The notes under the pieces: model-generated | The model's input: only the letters and a program-made list of their open reading frames with translations | Database searches by the model: none | What the model was told of the DNA's origin: nothing | Program-made: the position numbers and the translations under genes | NCBI GenBank assembly: GCA_015655145.1 | Contig: JAATFO010000066.1 | Coordinates: 6,042-38,041 of the forward strand | DNA from: Enterobacterales bacterium | Lineage (GTDB): Bacteria > Pseudomonadota > Gammaproteobacteria > Enterobacterales > Enterobacteriaceae | Reading direction: 5' to 3' | DNA: 32,000 bases | Shown here: in pieces, positions 10,463-20,238 of the stretch | Layout of the letters: each line of letters begins with the position of its first letter | Numbering within the stretch: the stretch's first letter is position 1

Positions 10463-12211
10463 ATGCATCAAGATAAAGATCTCTCGACGTGGCAGACATT
10501 CCGTCGCCTTTGGCCAATGATCGCGCCGCATAAAGCTGGATTGCTGGTGGCGGCTGTTGCGCTGATCCTGAATGCGGCTGGCGATACACTCATGCTGTCA
10601 CTGCTGAAACCTTTACTTGATGATGGGTTTGGCAAAGCGGATAAATCTGTGTTGATTTGGATGCCGCTGGTAGTGATGGGGCTGATGTTGATACGTGGTA
10701 TCACCAGCTATATCTCCAGTTATTGTATTTCGTGGGTGTCTGGTAATGTGGTGATGAATATGCGCCGCCGTCTTTTTAGTCATATGATGGGCATGCCAGT
10801 CTCTTTCTTTGATCAGCAATCTACTGGGACATTGTTATCACGAATTACCTACGATTCGGAGCAAGTGGCTTCTTCCTCTTCCAGCGCGCTGGTTACTGTT
10901 GTCCGGGAAGGTGCTTCGATCATCGGTTTATTCATCATGATGTTTTACTACAGTTGGCAATTGTCGCTGATTTTAATTGTGCTGGCGCCGGTGGTTTCTT
11001 TTGCAATACGTTCGGTGTCCAGGCGGTTTCGTAATATTAGCAAAAACATGCAAAACACTATGGGACAAGTGACTTCCAGCGCTGAGCAGATGCTGAAAGG
11101 GCATAAAGAGGTGCTGATCTTTGGCGGGCAGGATGTTGAGAGCAAGCGCTTTGATCATGTTAGCAACAGAATGCGTCAACAGGGCATGAAGTTGGTTTCT
11201 GCCTCCTCTATCTCTGATCCAGTGGTTCAACTGATTGCTTCGCTGGCTTTGGCGTTTGTTCTGTATGCGGCCAGTTTCCCCAGTGTGATGAGTACACTCA
11301 CTGCCGGTACCATTACGGTGGTGTTCTCATCGATGATTGCACTGATGCGTCCGTTAAAATCGCTGACCAATGTTAATGCGCAATTTCAACGCGGCATGGC
11401 AGCCTGTCAGACACTGTTTACGATTTTGGATAGTTCTCAGGAAGAGGATACTGGCACACTCAATATTGAACGCGTAAAGGGTGACATAGAATTTCGTCAT
11501 GTCACATTCACCTATCCAGGGCGTGAAATGCCGGCATTGCGTGATATCAATCTCAGCATCACGGCAGGGAAAACGGTGGCGTTGGTTGGGCGCTCAGGCT
11601 CGGGTAAATCAACCATGGCCAGTCTGTTAACGCGATTTTATGATGTTCAGCAAGGTGAAATCCGGATAGACGGACATGACTTACGGGAATATACCTTGCG
11701 CTCCTTACGAAATCAGGTGGCGTTGGTTTCGCAAAATGTACATCTGTTCAATGACACGATTGCCAATAATATTGCTTATGCACGCAGTGAACGTTATAGC
11801 CGTGAAGAGATTGAACAGGCCGCTAAAATGGCGCATGCCATGGATTTCATCAACAAAATGGAAAAAGGGCTGGATACCATTATTGGTGAAAATGGTGTGT
11901 TACTGTCTGGCGGCCAACGCCAGCGTATTGCCATTGCCCGCGCATTACTCCGGGACAGTCCCATTCTGATCCTCGATGAAGCCACATCAGCACTGGACAC
12001 CGAATCGGAACGTGCGATTCAGGCGGCGCTGGATGAACTACAGAAAAACCGCACATCCCTGGTTATCGCCCATCGTCTTTCCACCATTGAAAAAGCGGAT
12101 GAGATTGTGGTGATAGAAGACGGGCAGATTATTGAGCGTGGCACCCATGATGACTTGTTGAGTCGTAGAGGAACCTATGCGCAATTACATAAAATGCAGT
12201 TTGGCCAATGA
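10463..12211 (+). CDS. msbA: Lipid A/LPS flippase, ABC transporter MsbA
   Basis: The 582-aa ORF has Walker [10 protein letters not shown], the ABC signature LSGGQRQR and Walker [13 protein letters not shown]. The N-terminus [18 protein letters not shown] and C-terminus [11 protein letters not shown] match E. coli MsbA. Confidence 0.97.
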   Translation: MHQDKDLSTWQTFRRLWPMIAPHKAGLLVAAVALILNAAGDTLMLSLLKPLLDDGFGKADKSVLIWMPLVVMGLMLIRGITSYISSYCISWVSGNVVMNMRRRLFSHMMGMPVSFFDQQSTGTLLSRITYDSEQVASSSSSALVTVVREGASIIGLFIMMFYYSWQLSLILIVLAPVVSFAIRSVSRRFRNISKNMQNTMGQVTSSAEQMLKGHKEVLIFGGQDVESKRFDHVSNRMRQQGMKLVSASSISDPVVQLIASLALAFVLYAASFPSVMSTLTAGTITVVFSSMIALMRPLKSLTNVNAQFQRGMAACQTLFTILDSSQEEDTGTLNIERVKGDIEFRHVTFTYPGREMPALRDINLSITAGKTVALVGRSGSGKSTMASLLTRFYDVQQGEIRIDGHDLREYTLRSLRNQVALVSQNVHLFNDTIANNIAYARSERYSREEIEQAAKMAHAMDFINKMEKGLDTIIGENGVLLSGGQRQRIAIARALLRDSPILILDEATSALDTESERAIQAALDELQKNRTSLVIAHRLSTIEKADEIVVIEDGQIIERGTHDDLLSRRGTYAQLHKMQFGQ

Positions 12212-13182
12212 TTGAACGTCTCTGGAGCGGCCGTTCACCCTTTTATCGGCTGTTATTACCTTTCAGCCTGATGTACGGACTGATCAGTAATATTATCCGC
12301 CTCAGTTACCAGTGGGGCTGGCGCAAGGCCTGGCGGGCACCCGTTCCGATCATTGTGGTGGGTAACCTTACCGCGGGCGGCAATGGTAAAACACCCGTGG
12401 TAATCTGGTTGGTAGAGACCCTACAGCACGCAGGGTTACGCGTGGGGGTGGTTTCCCGGGGTTATGGCGGCAAAGCCGCGCATTACCCGCTGGTGCTGGA
12501 TGCCAATACCACCTGTATGGCGGCGGGAGATGAGCCGGTGCTTATCTATCAGCGTACACATGCGGCAGTGGCTGTCTCGCCAGTACGGAGTGAGGCAGTA
12601 AAAGCCTTACTGGCAATCGGCGAGATTGACATTATTGTTACCGATGATGGTTTACAACATTATGCCTTAGCGCGCGATATTGAAATTGTGGTCGTGGATG
12701 GTGTGCGCCGTTTTGGCAATGGCTGGTGGTTACCTGCCGGGCCGATGCGCGAACGCGCCAGCCGATTAAAACAGGTTGATGCGGTTATCATTAATGGCGG
12801 AGACACACAGCAAGATGAAATCGCCATGCAACTCAGAGCAGGCAATGCCATCAATATGAAAAGTGGACAAACATGCCCGGTTAGCCGTTTCAGGCAGGTT
12901 GTTGCGATGGCGGGCATTGGTCATCCGCCCCGTTTTTTCCAGACGTTGCGCCAGCAAGGGATCATCCCGGTGAAAGAAGTCGCCTTTGCTGATCATCAGG
13001 AGTACCGGGAAGCTGATCTTCTGGCGCTGGTAACTGACCCTCAGGTACTGATGATGACGGAAAAAGATGCGGTAAAATGCCAGCGCTTTGCGCACGATAA
13101 CTGGTGGTACTTGCCGGTGGATGCTCATATGAGTTCACAGGCTAATGCACTGATCGCCAGAATTATAGCGTTATGCCGCTGA
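12208..13182 (+). CDS. lpxK: Tetraacyldisaccharide 4'-kinase
   Basis: The 324-aa ORF contains the P-loop [12 protein letters not shown], plus DDGLQHY and GIGHPPRFF. The start overlaps the msbA stop in ATGA (12208-12211). Confidence 0.95.
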   Translation: MIERLWSGRSPFYRLLLPFSLMYGLISNIIRLSYQWGWRKAWRAPVPIIVVGNLTAGGNGKTPVVIWLVETLQHAGLRVGVVSRGYGGKAAHYPLVLDANTTCMAAGDEPVLIYQRTHAAVAVSPVRSEAVKALLAIGEIDIIVTDDGLQHYALARDIEIVVVDGVRRFGNGWWLPAGPMRERASRLKQVDAVIINGGDTQQDEIAMQLRAGNAINMKSGQTCPVSRFRQVVAMAGIGHPPRFFQTLRQQGIIPVKEVAFADHQEYREADLLALVTDPQVLMMTEKDAVKCQRFAHDNWWYLPVDAHMSSQANALIARIIALCR

Positions 13183-13240
13183 AAGCGTATTTCCCTTAAC
13201 GACCACCGCTATACTGATGTCCTCTTGTTAACAGGATGGC

Positions 13241-14470
13241 ATGATGAAACCTCTGGCGCTTCCTCTGCGTACTGCCCGTAAACTGCATTTGGCGGCACAA
13301 GGGCTGCTGACTGCACCGCCCCGAAAAACCAGTTATGCAGCGATGCTTGCAACGATTCGGCGGATGTCATTGCTGCAAATTGACGCAATCCACGTTGTCG
13401 CTCGTAGTCCTTATCTGGTGCTGTTTAGCCGCCTTGGCGCCTACACTGAACACTGGTTAGATGAGGCGCTGGTTGCCGGTGACCTGTTTGAATACTGGGC
13501 GCATGAGGCATGTTTTATTCCATCTGATGACTATAAACTCCTGCGGCATAAAATGCATGAACCGGACACACTGGGATGGAAATATAACCGGCAATGGATG
13601 GTGCAGCATGCCGATGAAGTCACCGATTTACTGGCTTATATTGAAAAAAACGGTCCGGTTCGCGCTGCAGACTTCACCACAACGGTTGCGCATAACCCGG
13701 GTTGGTGGGCGTGGAAACCCCATAAACGTCATCTGGAAAACCTGTTTACCGCTGGTGAGGTTATGGTGGTGGAACGGCGTAATTTCCAACGGGTGTATGA
13801 TTTACGTACCCGAGTGTTGCCAACATGGGACGATAAACAACATATGCTGAGTAAAGACACTGCAGTGGCGCAAATGTTACGCAATAGCGCGCAAAGCTTA
13901 GGGATTTTTCGCCCCGACTGGCTGAAAGATTATTACCGACTTAAACATGCGCCAGTGAAAATGATGGTCGCGCAGTGGCTGGCGGAGGGAACAGTAACGG
14001 AGGTGATGGTAGAGCACCTGGGGACACTGTATCTGCATCGGGATCTGCTGCCCTTACTGGAAACACCGTTAAAAGCGACGCACACCGCTATTCTCTCTCC
14101 GTTCGATCCGCTGGTTTGGGATCGACGTCGGGCGCTGGAATTATTTAACTTTGATTATCGCCTTGAATGTTATACACCGCAGGCGAAACGGAAATACGGT
14201 TACTTTGTCTTGCCGATTTTGCATCAGGGCGCGCTGAAAGCAAGGCTGGACGCCAAAATGGTGCGCAAAGAAAAAGTATTACAAATAAAAAATATTTGGT
14301 TTGAGGCGGACGTTAAGATCACCGCCTCACTGATCAATGATCTGCGCCATACCATCACGCGCTTTGCATCATGGCAAGGCGCGGAACGTGTGATGTTGGG
14401 AAAAGCGCCTGACGTATTGCGTGCGGAATGGGGGTACGAATGGGAAATCGCGTCAACGCAGGCATCATAA
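13241..14470 (+). CDS. ycaQ: YcaQ, winged-helix DNA glycosylase (AlkZ-like interstrand-crosslink unhooking enzyme)
   Basis: The 409-aa ORF is collinear with E. coli YcaQ: RMSLLQIDAIHVVARSPYLVLFSRLG, FQRVYDL, RLECYTPQAKRKYGYFVLPIL. Tandem ATGs occur at 13241 and 13244, and the second has better spacing from agga. Confidence 0.85.
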   Translation: MMKPLALPLRTARKLHLAAQGLLTAPPRKTSYAAMLATIRRMSLLQIDAIHVVARSPYLVLFSRLGAYTEHWLDEALVAGDLFEYWAHEACFIPSDDYKLLRHKMHEPDTLGWKYNRQWMVQHADEVTDLLAYIEKNGPVRAADFTTTVAHNPGWWAWKPHKRHLENLFTAGEVMVVERRNFQRVYDLRTRVLPTWDDKQHMLSKDTAVAQMLRNSAQSLGIFRPDWLKDYYRLKHAPVKMMVAQWLAEGTVTEVMVEHLGTLYLHRDLLPLLETPLKATHTAILSPFDPLVWDRRRALELFNFDYRLECYTPQAKRKYGYFVLPILHQGALKARLDAKMVRKEKVLQIKNIWFEADVKITASLINDLRHTITRFASWQGAERVMLGKAPDVLRAEWGYEWEIASTQAS

Positions 14471-14533
14471 CGGCTCGGTGTTTTCTTGTGATATGCTGGG
14501 TCTTCTGACGCCCCGGTCCATTATGGAGGAATT

Positions 14534-14716
14534 ATGGATCATCGTTTACTCGAAATTGTTGCTTGCCCGGTGTGTAACGGTAAGTTGTATTATAACAAAG
14601 AACAGCAAGAGCTTATTTGCAAACCTGATGGCCTGGCTTATCCGGTACGAGAGGGTATTCCGGTGCTGCTGGAGAGCGAAGCGCGCACATTATCAGCGGA
14701 AGAGATTCATCCATGA
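14534..14716 (+). CDS. ycaR: Trm112-family small zinc-ribbon protein YcaR
   Basis: The 60-aa ORF reads [30 protein letters not shown]...[11 protein letters not shown], matching E. coli YcaR. ggagg lies upstream, and the stop overlaps the kdsB start. Confidence 0.85.
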   Translation: MDHRLLEIVACPVCNGKLYYNKEQQELICKPDGLAYPVREGIPVLLESEARTLSAEEIHP

Positions 14717-15462
14717 GTTTTGTTGCCATTATACCGGCGCGTTTTGCGTCAACACGTTTGCCCGGCAAACCGCTGATGGATATCCATGGTAAACCGATGG
14801 TGGTCCATGTGATGGCGCGGGCGCGTGAATCTGGTGCTGAACGCGTCATTATTGCCACTGATCATCCCGATGTCGCCGCGGCAGTCACCGCTGCCGGCGG
14901 GGAAGTCTGCATGACACGTGCCGACCATAACTCGGGGACTGAAAGGTTGGCTGAGGTCGTTGATCATTATCAGTTTTCTGATGATACCGTGATCGTCAAT
15001 GTGCAGGGCGATGAGCCGATGATCCCGCCAGTGATTATTCGCCAGGTGGCTGAAAATCTGGTGAAATACGGCGTTGGCATTGCGACACTGGCGGTCCCTG
15101 TTGACCAGGTGGACGAAGCCTTTAATCCCAATGCAGTGAAAGTCGTCAGAGATGCTCAGGGATATGCACTTTACTTTTCTCGCGCCACAATTCCCTGGGA
15201 TCGCGAGCGATTTGCTAAATCACGCGACACTATCGGCGATATGTTTCTGCGCCATATTGGCATTTATGCATACCGTGCCGGGTTTATCCGTCGTTATGTT
15301 AGATGGGAACCCAGTCAGCTTGAACAAATTGAACTGCTTGAGCAACTGCGCGTGCTCTGGTATGGCGAAAAAATTCATGTTGATGTCGCGAAGGCCATCC
15401 CGAGCGTTGGCGTTGATACAACAGACGATTTGCTGCGTGTGCGCATAGCAATGCGGCCATAA
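14713..15462 (+). CDS. kdsB: 3-deoxy-manno-octulosonate cytidylyltransferase (CMP-KDO synthetase)
   Basis: The 249-aa ORF ([21 protein letters not shown]...[12 protein letters not shown]...[15 protein letters not shown]) is collinear with E. coli KdsB. It has an ATGA overlap with ycaR. Confidence 0.95.
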   Translation: MSFVAIIPARFASTRLPGKPLMDIHGKPMVVHVMARARESGAERVIIATDHPDVAAAVTAAGGEVCMTRADHNSGTERLAEVVDHYQFSDDTVIVNVQGDEPMIPPVIIRQVAENLVKYGVGIATLAVPVDQVDEAFNPNAVKVVRDAQGYALYFSRATIPWDRERFAKSRDTIGDMFLRHIGIYAYRAGFIRRYVRWEPSQLEQIELLEQLRVLWYGEKIHVDVAKAIPSVGVDTTDDLLRVRIAMRP

Positions 15463-15637
15463 TTATCAAGGGCCGCATTCGGCCCAGGGTGATTGCAATA
15501 CAACCATACGCCATCGGCCTGAACTCTACCGCCTTTCTTGTTGCGGCAGCCTTTTTGCCCGGAGTTTGATCTGTGACGGGGAAACACACCGTCACGATAC
15601 GCATGATAGAAAGCCTGATAACGGTAGCGGAGGCCAA

Positions 15638-16531
15638 ATGGAGCAATTACGTGCTGAACTCACGCAGGTATTAGGTGAGCAGGTTAGCCGCCTTGAATCG
15701 ATCAGTGAACAGCCTTATGCCACCCTGTTTACGCTGTATAACGATGCGGGTCATGCGATGCCGCTGGTGGCGAAATGCTTTTTTAATCAGGGCATTGCGG
15801 CGCAAGAAGCGTACAAACTCTCTATGTTGGCGCGGGAAGGGCATATTCGTGTCCCCACGGTGTGTGGTTTAATTTTGAGCCAACAAAAACCACAGCATGA
15901 AATTTTGCTAATTGAACGCTTAGGGGGCGTTTCTGCAGAAGCGCCGGCACGGACGGTACAGCGTGGTGTGCAATTGCAAAGTCAGATTGTCGAGGGGGTG
16001 CTGGCATGGCACCGCATCGACAGCCATGGTCTGGTTGGGACGGTTGACAGTGTCCAGGAAAACCGCTGGTCAGTCTGGTACGCGCAACGTGTAGAAGTGT
16101 TGTGGGCGACGCTGACTAACCTCAGACCACCGTTCCTGACCATGGATGATCGGCGTATTCTCTGGCGCAGTCGTGATGCGCTGCCACGATTGTTTGCTGA
16201 TTTTGATGACAACTGCGTGCTGGTACACGGTAACTTGACGTTGCGCAGTATGTTGAAAGATCCCCGTAGTGACCAGTTACTGGCGATGATCAACCCAGGT
16301 ATGGTGCTGTGGGCGCCGCGTGAATATGAATTATTCCGCTTGTGTGAGGAAGGTGCGGCGGAATCTCTGCTTTATCGCTATCTGGAGCAGGCGCCGGTAG
16401 CGGAAGGTTTTGTGTACCGACGCTGGTTCTATTTGCTGTGGGAAGCTATCGCCCGCATGGTCCATACTGGCAAACTGGACCGCCGACCTTTTGTCCAGGC
16501 CGCCGCGGAGTTATTGCCGTGGCTTAACTGA
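15638..16531 (+). CDS. ycbJ: Putative phosphotransferase/kinase-like protein YcbJ
   Basis: The ORF track starts at 15566. The E. coli-like N-terminus MEQLRAEL begins at the ATG at 15638, preceded by gcggagg. That start gives 297 aa, my recollection of the E. coli length. Conserved stretches include LWAPREYELFRL and LLPWL. Confidence 0.85.
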   Translation: MEQLRAELTQVLGEQVSRLESISEQPYATLFTLYNDAGHAMPLVAKCFFNQGIAAQEAYKLSMLAREGHIRVPTVCGLILSQQKPQHEILLIERLGGVSAEAPARTVQRGVQLQSQIVEGVLAWHRIDSHGLVGTVDSVQENRWSVWYAQRVEVLWATLTNLRPPFLTMDDRRILWRSRDALPRLFADFDDNCVLVHGNLTLRSMLKDPRSDQLLAMINPGMVLWAPREYELFRLCEEGAAESLLYRYLEQAPVAEGFVYRRWFYLLWEAIARMVHTGKLDRRPFVQAAAELLPWLN

Positions 16532-17296
16532 CGGTGTGTCATGGCGTTTGAGCCATTGCCATAAACGCCCCAGCGATTCATACCAGGCTCGATCACTGTG
16601 TGCCAGCCAAATCGGCGCGGGAATGGCCTTTTCCCATCCGGTTAACGGTGAGCTGATGGCCAATTGATTAGCGGGCGCGGGAATAGGGTACAGGCCCTGT
16701 TGATGGAAAAAGGTGATTGCGCGCGTCATATGATTTGCCGAGGTTACCAGCAAAAATGGTTGATTTCCCAACAGATTATTTACCGCCAGCGCTTCCTGTT
16801 CCGTGTCACTTGGGGTATCGAGTTTAATGATGGCCGCCGCTGGCACGCCAAGCGATTGTGCCACCCGAGCCGCTACTTCCGCATTACTGACCGAATTGCC
16901 CGCTGCCGCCGCGCCGGTAAAAATCAGTTTTGCTTCAGGATGCGCATGCCATTGACGCACACCTTCCGCCAGGCGGGGCAAACTATTACCGATCAGATTT
17001 GAACTGGGCGCCCAGTCGGGATTCCAGGTGTAGCCGCCGCCCAACACCACGATGTAATTGACCTTTTCCTTGCCATTCCAGGTAGGATAACCCATCTCCA
17101 AAGGCAGTAATAATTTGTCGGCCACCGGTTGTAAACTCAGCAATAACAGGATTAACCAGGCGGAAGAGAGTATAATTTTGCCGGTTTTCTGCCGGCGACT
17201 GAAACAAAGCAGTAAAATGCCGACGGCCATAAGCATCAGCAGGAAAGGCAAGGGCAGCAGTAGGCCGCCAACCACTTTTTTTAACGTGAAAAGCAT
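16511..17296 (-). CDS. elyC: Envelope biogenesis factor ElyC (DUF218 family)
   Basis: The ORF track extends to 17464. The E. coli-like N-terminus MLFTLKKVVGG begins at the ATG at 17296, with aaggag upstream. Conserved stretches include YIVVLGGGYTWNPDWAPSSNL and LVTSANHMTRA. Confidence 0.85.
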   Translation of the reverse strand: MLFTLKKVVGGLLLPLPFLLMLMAVGILLLCFSRRQKTGKIILSSAWLILLLLSLQPVADKLLLPLEMGYPTWNGKEKVNYIVVLGGGYTWNPDWAPSSNLIGNSLPRLAEGVRQWHAHPEAKLIFTGAAAAGNSVSNAEVAARVAQSLGVPAAAIIKLDTPSDTEQEALAVNNLLGNQPFLLVTSANHMTRAITFFHQQGLYPIPAPANQLAISSPLTGWEKAIPAPIWLAHSDRAWYESLGRLWQWLKRHDTPSVKPRQ

Positions 17297-17421
17297 GAAA
17301 ACGGACTCCTTTTGTCCGAAAAAACAGCACCTAAAAGCGCAGCGACGCAGGAAAGGTTCATTCTCTGCCAGTGTATGACAAAATAGCGGCATTGATCGCG
17401 GTAAAATACGGGGCCGGAACC

Positions 17422-18207
17422 ATGCAGGATCGCAACTTTGATGATATTGCCGAAAAATTTTCACAGAATATCTACGGCACCACCAAAGGGCAGATTCGGC
17501 AAGCTATCCTCTGGCAGGAGCTGGATGCCATTCTGGTCACCTTGCCGCAACGTGCCTTGCGAGTGCTGGATGCCGGAGGCGGTGAAGGTCAGGTGGCATG
17601 TGGCCTGGCCGCTCGTGGTCATCAGGTGTTGCTCTGTGATCTTTCCGGTGAAATGTTGCAGCGTGCCCGTGAACATGCCATGGAAAAAGGTGTGAGCGAA
17701 AACATGCAATTTAAACAAATTAGCGCACAACAGATTGGCCAATATTTAGATACGCCCGTTGATCTGGTATTGTTTCACGCGGTACTTGAGTGGGTGGTGC
17801 AGCCGCAGGAGGTGCTTGCCGCTCTTTGGGATGCGCTGGCCCCCGGCGGCGTACTGTCGCTGATGTTTTATAACGTGCATGGCTTGATCTTGCGGAACTT
17901 GACACTCGGTAATTTTGGTTATCTGCAGGCGGGAATGCGCAAACGGAAGAAAAAAACCTTATCGCCAGATTATCCGCGCGATCCAGAGCAGGTTTATGGC
18001 TGGTTGCGCCAATGTGGTTTTACCATTGAGCGCCGTGCGGGCATTCGCGTTTTTCATGACTATATGCGTGATAAAGATAAACAGATTGCTTGTTTTGACG
18101 ACGTGTTGGCCATGGAGAAACACTATTGCCGACAGGAGCCATTTTTGAGTTTAGGACGTTACATCCACGTCACAGCGCGGAAACCCATTCAGAAGGACGA
18201 GCTATGA
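17422..18207 (+). CDS. cmoM: tRNA 5-carboxymethoxyuridine methyltransferase (SAM-dependent; formerly SmtA)
   Basis: The ORF track starts at 17371. The E. coli-like N-terminus [23 protein letters not shown] begins at 17422. The SAM motif VLDAGGGEG is present, and the gene ends [10 protein letters not shown]. The stop overlaps the mukF ATG. Confidence 0.9.
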   Translation: MQDRNFDDIAEKFSQNIYGTTKGQIRQAILWQELDAILVTLPQRALRVLDAGGGEGQVACGLAARGHQVLLCDLSGEMLQRAREHAMEKGVSENMQFKQISAQQIGQYLDTPVDLVLFHAVLEWVVQPQEVLAALWDALAPGGVLSLMFYNVHGLILRNLTLGNFGYLQAGMRKRKKKTLSPDYPRDPEQVYGWLRQCGFTIERRAGIRVFHDYMRDKDKQIACFDDVLAMEKHYCRQEPFLSLGRYIHVTARKPIQKDEL

Positions 18208-19526
18208 GTGATTTTTCCCAGACAGTACCAGAGCTGGTTGCCTGGGCGCGAAAGAATGATTTTTTCGTCTCTTTGCCGGGTGAACGTCTGGCATTTTTGC
18301 TGGCCATCGCCACCCTGAATGGCGAGCGCATGGACGGTGAGATGAGTGAAGGCGAGTTGGTTGATGCCTTTCGTCATGTCAGTAAAGTGTTCGGGCAAAC
18401 CAATGAAACCGTACTGGTTCGCGCCAACAATGCCATCAATGATATGGTCCGGCAACGCCTGCTCAACCGTTTTAGCAGTGAACTGACGGACGGCAATGCG
18501 ATTTATCGTCTGACGCCGCTCGCTATCGGTATTACTGATTACTATATTCGCCAGCGCGAATTTTCTACATTGCGTCTGTCGATGCAGCTTTCTATTGTCG
18601 CGCAGGAACTGAATCGCGCAGCGGAAGCAGCAGAAGAGGATGGTGACGAATTTCACTGGCAACGCAATGTTTTTGCGCCGCTCAAATATTCAGTGGCGGA
18701 AATCTTTGACAGTATCGACATGACGCAACGCATCATGGATGAACAACAGCAAACGGTTAAAACCGATATTGCCGCATTGCTCAATCAGGACTGGCGTGCC
18801 GCGATTAGCAGTTGTGAGTTGCTGTTGTCTGAAACCTCAGGCACATTGCGTGAACTTCAGGACACGCTGGAAGCGGCAGGTGATAAGTTACAGGCTAATT
18901 TGTTACGCATTCAGGATGCCACGCTGAACAGTCCTGACTTAGGTTTTGTCGATAAGCTGGTGTTTGATCTGCAAAACAAGCTGGATCGCATTACCAGTTG
19001 GGGACAGCAATCCATCGATCTGTGGATTGGCTATGACCGTCATGTGCACAAATTCATTCGTACCGCTATCGACATGGATAAAAACCGGGTATTCGCGCAG
19101 CGTCTACGCCAGTCGGTGCAGACCTATTTTGATCACCCCTGGGCGCTGACCTATGCCAATGCCGATCGCTTATTCGATATGCGCGATGAAGAGTTGCTAT
19201 TACGTGATGAAGAAGTCACTGGAGAATTGCCTTCTGAGCTGGAATATGAAGAGCTGAGTGAAATCCGCGAACAACTGGCTGCGATGATTGAACAGGCGTT
19301 GCAGATTTACAAAACGCAACAAAAACCGCTGAATTTAGGCACAGTAATGCGTGATTACCTTACGCAATACCCGCGTGCCCGCCATTTTGATGTGGCGCGG
19401 ATTGTCGTCGATCAGGCCGTACGGTTAGGTGTGGCTGAAGCAGATTTTTCCGGTTTGCCCGCAGAGTGGCAGGCCATCAATGATTACGGAGCCAAGGTGC
19501 AGGCGCATGTCATCGATAAATATTGA
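18204..19526 (+). CDS. mukF: Chromosome partition protein MukF (kleisin of the MukBEF condensin)
   Basis: The E. coli-like N-terminus [20 protein letters not shown] starts at the ATG at 18204 (ORF track 18126). This gives 440 aa and the C-terminus [13 protein letters not shown], as in E. coli MukF. Confidence 0.95.
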   Translation: MSDFSQTVPELVAWARKNDFFVSLPGERLAFLLAIATLNGERMDGEMSEGELVDAFRHVSKVFGQTNETVLVRANNAINDMVRQRLLNRFSSELTDGNAIYRLTPLAIGITDYYIRQREFSTLRLSMQLSIVAQELNRAAEAAEEDGDEFHWQRNVFAPLKYSVAEIFDSIDMTQRIMDEQQQTVKTDIAALLNQDWRAAISSCELLLSETSGTLRELQDTLEAAGDKLQANLLRIQDATLNSPDLGFVDKLVFDLQNKLDRITSWGQQSIDLWIGYDRHVHKFIRTAIDMDKNRVFAQRLRQSVQTYFDHPWALTYANADRLFDMRDEELLLRDEEVTGELPSELEYEELSEIREQLAAMIEQALQIYKTQQKPLNLGTVMRDYLTQYPRARHFDVARIVVDQAVRLGVAEADFSGLPAEWQAINDYGAKVQAHVIDKY

Positions 19527-20238
19527 ACAAATGATGCCAGTTAAACTGGCTCAGGCGCTGGCCAATCCTCTCTTCCCTGCGCTGGATAGTCAACTGCGCG
19601 CAGGCCGCCACATTGGCAGTGATGAGTTGGATAACCATGCTTTTCTGATGGATTATCAGGAATTTCTCGAAACGTTTTATGCCCGATACAACGTTGAGCT
19701 GATTCGGGCGCCGGAAGGTTTTTTCTACCTCCGTCCTCGTTCTACCACGCTGATACCACGTTCGGTACTCTCTGAACTGGATATGATGACCGGTAAAATA
19801 CTCTGTTATCTTTACCTGAGCCCGGAGCGTCTGGCTAACGAAGGCATTTTCACACAGCAAGAGCTGTATGATGAGCTGGTGAATTTTGCCGATGAAAATA
19901 AGCTGTTACGGCTGGTGAATCAGCGTTCTACCGGTTCGGATCTTGATCGTCAAAAGCTACATGAAAAAATGCGCGCGTCGCTCAATCGCCTGCGGCGGCT
20001 GGGTATCGTCTGGTTTATGGGCCATGACAGCAGTAAATTTCGTATCAGCGAAGCGGTATTTCGCTTTGGCGCCGATGTCCGCAGTGGCGATGATCCCCGT
20101 GAGGCGCAATTACGCATGATCCGCGATGGTGAAGCCATGTCGCTGGAAAACGGTATGGCGGTTAACGATGAGCCTGATGACAACGAGAGCGACACGGAAA
20201 ATAATCCGTCACAACCCGCGGAGGATGAACAGGAATGA
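19507..20238 (+). CDS. mukE: Chromosome partition protein MukE
   Basis: The conserved sequence [28 protein letters not shown] starts at the ATG at 19507, 20 nt inside the end of mukF. An alternative start is ATG 19531. The C-terminal tail is acidic. The ORF-track start at 19429 is an upstream extension. Confidence 0.88.
   Translation: MSSINIEQMMPVKLAQALANPLFPALDSQLRAGRHIGSDELDNHAFLMDYQEFLETFYARYNVELIRAPEGFFYLRPRSTTLIPRSVLSELDMMTGKILCYLYLSPERLANEGIFTQQELYDELVNFADENKLLRLVNQRSTGSDLDRQKLHEKMRASLNRLRRLGIVWFMGHDSSKFRISEAVFRFGADVRSGDDPREAQLRMIRDGEAMSLENGMAVNDEPDDNESDTENNPSQPAEDEQE

Noticed and set aside
14421-14792. 123-aa ORF (+) spanning the ycaQ end, ycaR and the kdsB start in another frame.
   Set aside because: It overlaps three conserved genes out of frame. 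The conserved YcaR and KdsB frames explain the region.
15566-15637. N-terminal extensions suggested by the ORF track: ycbJ from 15566, aroA from 3355, elyC to 17464, cmoM from 17371, mukF from 18126, mukE from 19429, ycaO to 1909, mepK from 27052, ldtD from 25047.
   Set aside because: In each case an internal ATG reproduces the E. coli N-terminus, usually with a better-placed SD. The upstream extension has non-protein-like sequence or overlaps the neighbouring gene or promoter.
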